Below are positions 41,711 to 50,216 of a stretch of DNA of 64,000 nt, piece by piece. The translations under genes were made by a program, and so were the position numbers. Source of the DNA: Alphaproteobacteria bacterium (lineage in GTDB: Bacteria > Pseudomonadota > Alphaproteobacteria > Bin95); NCBI GenBank assembly GCA_963665325.3, contig CAXXWS020000002.1:928001-992000 (forward strand). Reading direction: 5' to 3'. Positions within the stretch are counted from its first letter, which is position 1; each line of letters opens with the position of its first letter. Under the pieces are notes generated by a model that searched no databases, was not told the DNA's origin, and saw only the letters and a program-made list of their open reading frames with translations.

Positions 41711-42976
41711 TCACGCCGGGATGTCGGCGGGGTCCAGTATTGCGTCCTGTGTCCTTAGCGCGGCCTGCACGGCGGAAACCGCGAAGCGCCCGCCGGCTTC
41801 GAGTGCGGCGGCGATGCCGGCGGCCTGGCCTGTGGCGAAAGCGGTTCCCATCACCCGGATGGCGGCGCCGGCTTTCCGGTCGCCGTCGGCGAGGCGGCCG
41901 GCGCAGAACAGGTTCGCTGTGTCCACGCTGCGGAGGCACCCGAGCGGTATCTCGTAGGCGCCCCGGTCCGGCGGGAAGTCGAGGCTGCTCAGATATGTGG
42001 CACGGTCGTGCCATTCCGCGCCCCAGCCGCCGAGCGCAATGCAGTCCTCGAAGCCGGCGCGGTTCTCGATGTCGTCCCAGGTGAGTTGCCGCAGGCAGTT
42101 GAGATGGCGGGATTCGCGCGTGCCGAATTCCGGACCGGTCGAGACGAGATAGGCATCCTCGCAGCCTTCGATGGTCCGCAGCGCCTCCAGATAGGCCCAG
42201 GCCTGCCGCCGGCCCCGAACCTCCGCTGCCGACATGGAGAGGCTGTCGCGCGGGTCGTAGTCCTCCGAGGCGAGATGGAGGACGACATCGCCGGATATGG
42301 GCAGGCGCACGGCGGCGGCGTGGGTCTTGGTCACGGAATTCGCCTTCGCGCCGAGGCCCGCGACCGCCTCCGCAATGCGCCGGGGCGTCAAAGGCGCGGA
42401 CGGCGCAATGCCTCCGAACCGCGTGGCCAGCGTGCCGAGATTGACATCCGTACCGTTGCCGTAGCGGGTGCTCGCGCCGGCGAAAGCGGCCAGATCGCCC
42501 TCGCCCGTGCAGTCCACAAAGGCCCTGGCGGAGAAGGTCTTCAAGCCCGAATGGCCGGCGACGGTGGCGGTCCGCATCCGGCCATCGCGGCGTTCCGCGG
42601 CCGCAACGAAACTCGAGAACATCACGGTCACGCCGGCCGCCGCGGCCAGCTCGTCGAGGACGAACTTTACCGCTTCCGGGTCGAAGGCAACGGACACGCC
42701 CCGATACCGGCGCGGCCCGCTGACGGCGCCCTGCTTCCTCAAGCCTTGCATGACCTCCTCGCCGATGCCGCCGACGACGCGGCGCGGCGACTCCCCGAGG
42801 GTGTAGAGACCGCAATAGGTGGCGACATTGCGCATGGTCGATGCGCCGCCCAGGCAGTTGTAGCGCTCGACAAGCAATGTTCTCGCGCCCATGCGCGCGC
42901 TGGCGGCGGCGGCGGCCACGCCGGCCGAGCCGCCGCCGGCGACGATGACGTCGTAATCGAAGGACCGGTCCGTCAA
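41711..42976 (-). CDS. FAD-dependent oxidoreductase, paralog 2
   Basis: GGGSAG, DCTGEGD, GTRESR, YEIPLGCL, AIRVMGTAFATGQAAG; TTG start. Confidence 0.9.
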   Translation of the reverse strand: MTDRSFDYDVIVAGGGSAGVAAAAASARMGARTLLVERYNCLGGASTMRNVATYCGLYTLGESPRRVVGGIGEEVMQGLRKQGAVSGPRRYRGVSVAFDPEAVKFVLDELAAAAGVTVMFSSFVAAAERRDGRMRTATVAGHSGLKTFSARAFVDCTGEGDLAAFAGASTRYGNGTDVNLGTLATRFGGIAPSAPLTPRRIAEAVAGLGAKANSVTKTHAAAVRLPISGDVVLHLASEDYDPRDSLSMSAAEVRGRRQAWAYLEALRTIEGCEDAYLVSTGPEFGTRESRHLNCLRQLTWDDIENRAGFEDCIALGGWGAEWHDRATYLSSLDFPPDRGAYEIPLGCLRSVDTANLFCAGRLADGDRKAGAAIRVMGTAFATGQAAGIAAALEAGGRFAVSAVQAALRTQDAILDPADIPA

Positions 42977-43088
42977 CGAACCGCACCGACCGCTGAGGTC
43001 TTCAAGAGGAAATACGCCAGGATCGCCGCCTCGCTCTCGTTCAAGACCGGTTGGAATGCGGGCCCCTTGGGCACGCCGTTTGCCGGCC

Positions 43089-44354
43089 TCACGCCGGAAT
43101 GTCGGCAGGGTCCAGTATTGCGTGCTGCTTCTTCAGGGCGGCCTGTACGGCGGAAACAGTGAAGCGGCCGCCGGCTTCGAGCGCGGCGGCGATGCCGGCG
43201 GCCTGGCCGGTGGCGAAGGCCGTCCCCATCACCCGTATGGCGGCGCCGGCTTTCCGGTCGCCGTCGGCGAGACGGCCGGCGCAGAACAGGTTCGCCGTGT
43301 CCACGCTGCGGAGGCACCCGAGCGGTATCTCGTAAGCGCCCCGGTCAGGGGGGTAGTCGTAGTCGCTCAGGTATGTGGCACGGTCGTGCCATTCCGCGCC
43401 CCAGCCGCCGAGCGCAATGCAATCGTCAAACCGCGCGCGGTTTTCGATATCGGCCCAGGTGAACTGTCGCTGGCAGTTGAGATGCCGCGATTCCCGTGTG
43501 CCGAATTCCGGACCCGTTGCGACGAGGTAGGCGCCCTCGCAGCCTTCGATGGTCCGGAGCACTTCCAGATAGCCCCAGGCCTGCCGCCGCCCCCGCGCTT
43601 CTGCCGCCGCCATAGAGAGGCTGTCGCGCGGGTCGTAGTCCTCCGAAGCCAGATAGACGACAACGTCGCCGGATATAGGCAGCCGCGCCACCACGCTCCG
43701 GTCCTTGGTAAGCACCTCGGCCCTTGAGCCGAAATCCGCGACCGCCTCCGCAATGCGCTCGGCCGTCACGGGCACCGAGTGAGGAACGCCGCCGAACCGT
43801 GTGCCGAGCGTGCCGAGATTGACATCGGCGCCGTTGCCGTAGCGGGTGCTGGCGCCGGCGAAGGCCGCCAGGTCGCCTTCGCCCGTGCAGTCCACGAAGG
43901 CCTTGGCGGAGAGGGTCTCCAGCCCCGAGTGGCCGGCGACGGTGACGGTCCGCATGCGGTCGTCGCATCGTTCGGCGGCCGCAACGAAGCTCGAGAACAT
44001 CACGGTCACTCCCGCCGCCGCGGCCAGGTCGTCGAGGACGGGCTTCACCGCCTCCGGCTCGAAGGTGACGTACACGCCCCGATGCCGGTGCGGTCCGTCG
44101 ACGGCGCCCTGCTTGCGCAAGCCCTGCATGACCTCTTCGCCAATGCCGCCGACGACGCGGCGCGGCGTCTCGCCAAGGGTGTAAAGGCCGCAATATGTGA
44201 CGACATTGCGCATCGTCGCGGCGCCGCCGAGGCAGTTGTAGCGCTCGACAAGGAGCGTCCTGGCGCCCATGCGCGCACTGGCGACGGCGGCGGCCACGCC
44301 TGCCGAACCGCCACCGGCGACGATGACGTCGTAATCTGTGCGAGCGACTGTCAA
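43089..44354 (-). CDS. FAD-dependent oxidoreductase, paralog 1
   Basis: Same motifs and length (421 aa) as 41711-42976; TTG start. Confidence 0.9.
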   Translation of the reverse strand: MTVARTDYDVIVAGGGSAGVAAAVASARMGARTLLVERYNCLGGAATMRNVVTYCGLYTLGETPRRVVGGIGEEVMQGLRKQGAVDGPHRHRGVYVTFEPEAVKPVLDDLAAAAGVTVMFSSFVAAAERCDDRMRTVTVAGHSGLETLSAKAFVDCTGEGDLAAFAGASTRYGNGADVNLGTLGTRFGGVPHSVPVTAERIAEAVADFGSRAEVLTKDRSVVARLPISGDVVVYLASEDYDPRDSLSMAAAEARGRRQAWGYLEVLRTIEGCEGAYLVATGPEFGTRESRHLNCQRQFTWADIENRARFDDCIALGGWGAEWHDRATYLSDYDYPPDRGAYEIPLGCLRSVDTANLFCAGRLADGDRKAGAAIRVMGTAFATGQAAGIAAALEAGGRFTVSAVQAALKKQHAILDPADIPA

Positions 44355-44363
44355 TGCGGCGCC

Positions 44364-45353
44364 TTATCCGATGAACGCATGGGAAGACCATGCGCGGCGG
44401 AGCGCGGCAAGTGTCTCTTCCTCCAGCGGCCCGAGACCGGGGGCGGCGAGCGCCTGGTGGACATGGGCCATCTCGGCGACGCCGAACACGACGGTCGAGA
44501 CTGCGGGATGGGTGAGGCCGAACCGGATTGCCGTCTGGGAACGGGTTTCGTCGCGTTCGCCGAGCGCGGTGCGCACCGCCCGGGCGCGCGCCTCCTCCGC
44601 TTCCATTTGGGCATTGGCCGTGATCGGGATTTCACGCCCGTGGCGCTCGTCCGTGGCGAGTACGCCGGCTGCGAAGATGCGAATGTTCATCACGCCCACA
44701 TCGTGTTCCCGGCACGTATCCAGCAGCCCGGTGAAGTCGGAGTCCGACCAGTTCGCGCTTGCCTTGTCGCCCAGCGCGAAGCCGGCGGTCGGGTTCAGCA
44801 TGTTGTAATAGACCTGCGCCATGTCGAAGCGCCCCGATGCGATGGCGGCGCGGACGGTCGGCCCGTCGCCGAGCGCGGTGAAGCCCACATGGTCGAACAG
44901 GCCCTCGCCGCGAAGCTCGTCGAAGCAGTCCATGACGCCGAACGCCTCGTCCAGTGTGAGGGTTGCCCGGTCGGGCTCCGGCACCAGCGGGTTGTGGAGG
45001 ATCAAGAGGTCCACCCGGTCCACCTTGAGCCGTTCGAGGCTGCCCTCGATCGACGCGCGCACCTGGTCCGGGAAATTGTCGCGCCGCGTCGCGTCGAGGC
45101 GGACCTTGGTGCTGATATGAGGACGCTTGTCCGCCGGCAGTTCGCCGATCAACCAGCTTATCGCCTTCTCGGACTCGCCATTGCCATAGTCGGCGGCCGT
45201 GTCGAGCCAGTTCATGCCCGCATCGAGGCAGGCCGCGATGCATTCCCGCTTCACCTCGTCCGGCGCGTGAAGCAGCAGTCCGCCGACGAACCCGCCGCCA
45301 AGCGTCATTTCGGAAATCTCTATATTCGTGCGGCCGAAGCGTCGCCTGTTCAT
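44364..45353 (-). CDS. Aldo/keto reductase
   Basis: FGRTNIEIS, LDTAADYG, STKV, DLLILHN. Confidence 0.9.
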   Translation of the reverse strand: MNRRRFGRTNIEISEMTLGGGFVGGLLLHAPDEVKRECIAACLDAGMNWLDTAADYGNGESEKAISWLIGELPADKRPHISTKVRLDATRRDNFPDQVRASIEGSLERLKVDRVDLLILHNPLVPEPDRATLTLDEAFGVMDCFDELRGEGLFDHVGFTALGDGPTVRAAIASGRFDMAQVYYNMLNPTAGFALGDKASANWSDSDFTGLLDTCREHDVGVMNIRIFAAGVLATDERHGREIPITANAQMEAEEARARAVRTALGERDETRSQTAIRFGLTHPAVSTVVFGVAEMAHVHQALAAPGLGPLEEETLAALRRAWSSHAFIG

Positions 45354-45402
45354 GGGGGCAGGGCCTCCGTCGGTGTCGTGAAATGTCGGGTTGGGGCTGC
45401 TG

Positions 45403-46059
45403 TCAGCCGGGGTCGTTGTCCGGCTCGGCGTCTTCCTGCGCGAGCGGTTCGGCGGCTGCGAAGGCAGGGTGGGCGGAAAGCCGCGCGTCTATCGCAACAA
45501 TGTTCGGATAGGCGGAGAGGTCGCAGTCAAAACGCCGGGCGTTGAAGACCTGCGGGATGAGGCAGACATCGGCCATGGTGATCCGGTCGCCGAAACAGCA
45601 TTCCCCCGCTGTCCGGGCGAGCTCCGGCTCGATGCCGCCGAAGCCTTCCGCAATCCAGTGCCGGTACCAGGCAAGCACCTGGTCCTGGCTGCACCCCAGC
45701 TGCCGGCGGAGATAGATCTGGATGCGGAGATTGTTCACGGGGTGTATGTCGCAGGCGATCAGGCCGGCAAGCGCCCGGACGCGCCCGCGCTCGACCGGGT
45801 CCTCCGGCAGCAGCGGCGGCTCCGGGTGCGTCTCCTCCAGATATTCGAGGATCGCGAGCGACTGTCCGAACACCGCGCCGTCCACCTCCAGCGCCGGTAC
45901 CAGGCCCTGCGGGTTCTTCGCGCGGTAGGCCGCCTGTTTGTGCTCGCCGCCTTCGCGCGAGAGATGCACATAAGCGGACTCATGCGCCGCGCCCTTGAGG
46001 TTGAGCGCGATGCGCACCCGATAGGCGGCCGTGCTGCGCCAGTAGGTGTAATGGATCAT
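45403..46059 (-). CDS. maiA: Maleylacetoacetate isomerase (zeta-class GST)
   Basis: YWRSTAAYRVRIAL, NPQGLVP, ACDIHPVNNLR. Confidence 0.92.
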   Translation of the reverse strand: MIHYTYWRSTAAYRVRIALNLKGAAHESAYVHLSREGGEHKQAAYRAKNPQGLVPALEVDGAVFGQSLAILEYLEETHPEPPLLPEDPVERGRVRALAGLIACDIHPVNNLRIQIYLRRQLGCSQDQVLAWYRHWIAEGFGGIEPELARTAGECCFGDRITMADVCLIPQVFNARRFDCDLSAYPNIVAIDARLSAHPAFAAAEPLAQEDAEPDNDPG

Positions 46060-46234
46060 GGGTCCCCAAGCCTCCCGCGGGGCGATTGCGTCGGCGACTA
46101 TAGAGGCAATGTGCCAAGGCCGGAAACGAAGCCCGGCCGCCTTTGCCGCCGGCGCGCGGGTCGGCTATGAGTGGCGCGGGACGGGGCGGGACAGGACCGA
46201 AACCCGCTCGCTGCCGGAAATCCAGGAGCCGAAA

Positions 46235-48553
46235 ATGAAAGAATTCAGGGACGGGCCGCTTCCCGACGAGATGATGGGCGAGGCCTGGCCGGCTGTGCAG
46301 CCGGGCGCGGACCCGGTGCTCTACGGCTACGCGGAACTCCGCCCGAACGATCCGGTCGAGGTTCGCAGCCTCCAGACCTTCGAGCTGGTCTATACGGTCG
46401 GCCGCTATGGCCTCGACGACACCGGCAGCATCCGGATCTCGTTCCGCTCGCTCGGGGACTGGGGCAGCCTCCAGATGGACGACCCCGCCGGTTACAACTA
46501 TGTCACCGCGCGCTCCAGCAAGGGTGTGCCTATCCGCCTGTCCTACGTCTCGCACGGCGCCCCGCGCCCGCGCTGGAAGGCGCTGACGGCGCATGTCATG
46601 GGCGGTTTCCTGCGCGAGGGCGATACCATCCACATCGCCTTTGGCGACACCTCCGGCGGCTCGCCCGGCATGCGGATGCAGACGATGGTGGAAATGGACT
46701 TCCAATTCCGTGTCCTCGCCGATGTCTGCGCCGTCGGCCACCATGTGCCGATCCCCAACTCGCCGGCGATTTCCGTCGTGCCGGGGCCGCCGGTCTGCTG
46801 GCGCGCGGTGCTGCCGTCGCTCCGCCGCCCGGGCGAAACCTTCCAGTTCGGCCTGAAGGCGGAGGATGTCTGGGGCAACCCGACCGACCGTGCGAGCGGC
46901 CGGTTCACCCTGGAATGCACCCTGCCGGTATCCGGCCTGCCGGCGGAAGTCGATTATCCGCTCGGGCGCAAGTCGATCTGTTTCGAAGGCCTCTCGGTTG
47001 CCGAGCCCGGTGTGTTGCGCATCGCCGTGCGGGACGAGGAGGGCCGAGCGGCAGCGGAATCGCATCCGCTTGTCGTGAGGGAGAGCCCGTTTGGCGGCTA
47101 TTGGGGCGACCTGCACGGACAGAGCGGCGAGAGCATCGGCATCACCACGGCGCGGCAGTATTTCGACTTCGCCCGCAACAAGTCGTTCCTCGACGCGACC
47201 GCCCACCAGGCTAACGATTTCCAAGTCAACAACACCTTCTGGGAGCATGTGAACGAACTGACGGCGGAGCATCACCAGGAGGGCAGGTTCGTCACCTTCC
47301 CCGGCTATGAGTGGTCCGGCAACACGGCCGTCGGCGGCGACCGCAATGTCTATTTCCGCCGCGAGGGCCGACCGATCCACCGCTCCTCGCACGCCCTGCT
47401 GACCGACCGCTCCGATCTCGACACCGACGCACCCAATGCCAACCGCCTGTTCGAGATGCTGGCCGACGAGGACTGCTTCATCTACGCCCATGTCGGCGGC
47501 CGCTATGCCGACATCGGCTATGCGCACGACCCGCGCCGGGAAGCCGCGATGGAGATCCACTCGGCCTGGGGCACCTTCGAGTGGCTGCTCACCGACGGGT
47601 TCCCGCTCGGGCACCGCTCCGGCGTGGTCTGCAACAGCGACGGCCACAAGGGCAGGCCGGGCGCGAGCTATCCCGGCGCATCCACCTTCGGGGCCTATGG
47701 CGGGCTCACCTGCTTCTACGCTACGGAACTCAGCCGGGACGGCATCATGGATGCAGTCCAGCGCCGCCACACGTACGGCACCACCGGCACGCGCATGCAT
47801 CTCGACGTCCGCGCGCGGTTCGCCAGTGGCGGAAACCTGTTCGACCGCGACCCGCATGCCTTCGAGGGCGAGGCGCCGCAGCCGGTCGGCGAGATCATGA
47901 TGGGGGACATCGCGCAAACGGACGATGCCGCCGTCACGCTGTCGCTTGAGGTCGTCACCCAGGCGCCCATCGAACGGATCGAGGTCCGCAACGGCACCGG
48001 GATCGTCCGGACGCTCCGCCCGCACGGCGCGGACGAACTCGGCTCCCGCATCCGCGTGCTGTGGAGCGGCGCCGAATACAGGGGTCGCGGGCGCGAGACC
48101 AACTGGAAGGGCCGTGCGCGCTTCCAGCATGCCGCGATTTCGCGCATGGAGCCCGTCAACGCCTGGAACAAGGAGCGCCTGCTGGAGCAGAAGGGACCGG
48201 ACACGATCGTGTTCGACGCCATCACCACCGGCAATTTCGGCGGCTTCGATGTGTGGCTGGACGAGGCGCCGGACAGCATGCTGCACCTGACCAGCAATCT
48301 GGGCGCGCTCGACCATCCGCTATCCGAGATCGGCCTGGACGACTGGGTCATGGAAGCGGGCGGGCTGGAACGGCGGATCAGGGTGTTCCGGCTGCCCGAG
48401 GAACTTTCCTGCCGGGAGTTCTCGATGGAGCTGGAGGTGCCGCTGTCGGCGAAGGGCGACAACCCGATCTGGGTGTCGGTGTTCACCGAAGACGGCTTCC
48501 AGGCGTGGAGCAGCCCGATGTTCCTCTACCGCGAGGACGATTGGCCACGGTGA
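46235..48553 (+). CDS. DUF3604-like PHP-fold metallohydrolase
   Basis: YWGDLHGQS, GYEWS, HVGG, EIHSAWG, NSDGH, YGTTG, AWSSP; AGGAG upstream of the ATG. Confidence 0.8.
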   Translation: MKEFRDGPLPDEMMGEAWPAVQPGADPVLYGYAELRPNDPVEVRSLQTFELVYTVGRYGLDDTGSIRISFRSLGDWGSLQMDDPAGYNYVTARSSKGVPIRLSYVSHGAPRPRWKALTAHVMGGFLREGDTIHIAFGDTSGGSPGMRMQTMVEMDFQFRVLADVCAVGHHVPIPNSPAISVVPGPPVCWRAVLPSLRRPGETFQFGLKAEDVWGNPTDRASGRFTLECTLPVSGLPAEVDYPLGRKSICFEGLSVAEPGVLRIAVRDEEGRAAAESHPLVVRESPFGGYWGDLHGQSGESIGITTARQYFDFARNKSFLDATAHQANDFQVNNTFWEHVNELTAEHHQEGRFVTFPGYEWSGNTAVGGDRNVYFRREGRPIHRSSHALLTDRSDLDTDAPNANRLFEMLADEDCFIYAHVGGRYADIGYAHDPRREAAMEIHSAWGTFEWLLTDGFPLGHRSGVVCNSDGHKGRPGASYPGASTFGAYGGLTCFYATELSRDGIMDAVQRRHTYGTTGTRMHLDVRARFASGGNLFDRDPHAFEGEAPQPVGEIMMGDIAQTDDAAVTLSLEVVTQAPIERIEVRNGTGIVRTLRPHGADELGSRIRVLWSGAEYRGRGRETNWKGRARFQHAAISRMEPVNAWNKERLLEQKGPDTIVFDAITTGNFGGFDVWLDEAPDSMLHLTSNLGALDHPLSEIGLDDWVMEAGGLERRIRVFRLPEELSCREFSMELEVPLSAKGDNPIWVSVFTEDGFQAWSSPMFLYREDDWPR

Positions 48554-48601
48554 CCGGGGCGTTCGCTGACAGAGCCGGAGCAGGACGGAAGGGCGAGGCC
48601 G

Positions 48602-49366
48602 ATGCAAGGGGATGAGCTGCTGGAAGCGGGATTCACGTTCGAGACGGTGGAGTTCGCGGTCGCGCGGCCGTTCCAGGAGGCGAAGCTGCGCGCGGCCGGC
48701 ATCGACGCGGACCGCTACGGCGACCTGGCCGATCCGACCTTCCTCGGGCATGGCGCGCTCAAGGCCATGCACGAGTCCGGCATCTCGATCCTCGGGCAGG
48801 TGCATATGACGCAGCGTTTTCGCCTGCATGGGGCGGTGCGTCTGGACGAGCCGTTGACGGTGGCGGGCGAGGTGACGCGAATCGACACCGTGCCGCGCGG
48901 ACGGCAGGTCTGGTGCCGGTTCAGCTATCGGGACCGGTCGGGCAGGGAAGTCTGCGAGACCGAACGCTCGGGCCTGCGGCCGGACCCGGCGCGCAAGCGG
49001 GGACCGGGCGGCGGCGCTTCGAGCCGTCCCGATGAAGGTCAATTCGAGACTGTTGCCGAGCATCGCCTGACGCCGGATGGCGTGGCGGCCTATAGCGACG
49101 ACACGCTCAACGCGATCCACAACGACCCGCAGGTCGCGGCGCAGTTCGGCTTCAGGGCACCGATAGCGGCCGGCCTCATGGGCATCCACTACTACGTTGC
49201 CGCACTTTCCGGGGACGGAATGCCGGAACGGCTCGACCTCGCCATCCGCTTCCTGCGCCCGATGTTCTGGGACGACAAACTAAGCCTCCAGTGCCGCAAC
49301 GGTGGCATGCGTCTCGTCAATCCCGTAGGAAAGCCCGTCTCGGAGGCGGAATTTTCTCTCCGGTAA
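48602..49366 (+). CDS. Double hot-dog (MaoC-like) dehydratase-domain protein
   Basis: NAIHNDPQVAAQFGFRAPIAAG hydratase-2-like motif; VHMTQRF. Confidence 0.7.
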   Translation: MQGDELLEAGFTFETVEFAVARPFQEAKLRAAGIDADRYGDLADPTFLGHGALKAMHESGISILGQVHMTQRFRLHGAVRLDEPLTVAGEVTRIDTVPRGRQVWCRFSYRDRSGREVCETERSGLRPDPARKRGPGGGASSRPDEGQFETVAEHRLTPDGVAAYSDDTLNAIHNDPQVAAQFGFRAPIAAGLMGIHYYVAALSGDGMPERLDLAIRFLRPMFWDDKLSLQCRNGGMRLVNPVGKPVSEAEFSLR

Positions 49367-49393
49367 GCCGGCGATCTGCGCGTAAAACAGCGC

Positions 49394-49774
49394 ATGAGCG
49401 AGCGCGAACCTTTCCTGCATTACGGCTTCTGGCTGCTGGCGCTGCTTTGGCTGCCGGCGGCGGTCGCGGCGATAGCCGCAGTCCGGTTTGGGAGCCGGCC
49501 GCTGGCGAGCACCGACATTGAGCCCGCATTGCTGTCTCTGGCGCCCGTGGCGTTTTGCGGCCTGCCTCTGGCGCTGGCGTGCCGAAGGCTCTGGCGTCTC
49601 GGCCATCGCCGCGCGGCCTGGGTATCGGGTGCCGGGCTGGGCGGGGCGACAACAGCGGCGGCGTTGCCGGCCGGCCTGCTCGGCCCGTTGGCGATTGCCG
49701 TATGTGCGGTCCTGCTCAGCCTGCCGGTCTGGATCGCCGCATTCGTGTTGGGCCGCCGGGGCCGGACGGACTAG
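49394..49774 (+). CDS. Hypothetical membrane protein
   Basis: 126 aa with about 4 hydrophobic segments; fills the gap co-directionally. Confidence 0.6.
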   Translation: MSEREPFLHYGFWLLALLWLPAAVAAIAAVRFGSRPLASTDIEPALLSLAPVAFCGLPLALACRRLWRLGHRRAAWVSGAGLGGATTAAALPAGLLGPLAIAVCAVLLSLPVWIAAFVLGRRGRTD

Positions 49775-50216
49775 GGACCTTGTGCAACCTGTTTTCCAAC
49801 ACCCTGCCGCAGGAAGCCATGCGGCGCCTGTTCCGGGCCAGGGACAGGCTGGGCAATCTCGAACCGCTGCCGGGCATCTTTCCGGACGGCGAGGTGCCTA
49901 TCGTCCGCATCGGCGAGGACGGCGACCGCGAGCTGGTGCGGGCGCGCTGGGGCTGGGACCGGACACCGCGCGGGTGGGTCACCAACGCCCGCAATCTGGA
50001 CCGGAGCTGGGGTGTGATCCGCAATCCCCGCCAGCGATGCCTGGTCCCGGCGACGTCTTTCGCGGAATACCATCCAACCGCGACGATCCCGGGCGCAAGG
50101 GGCAGGCCGATCAAGGCGGCGGCGTGGTTCCGGCTCGCAGGGGGAGCGGAGGAGCGCCCGCCCTTCGCCTTTCCGGGGTTCTGGCGGCAGTGGGACTGGC
50201 GGACGAAGGGCCTTAG

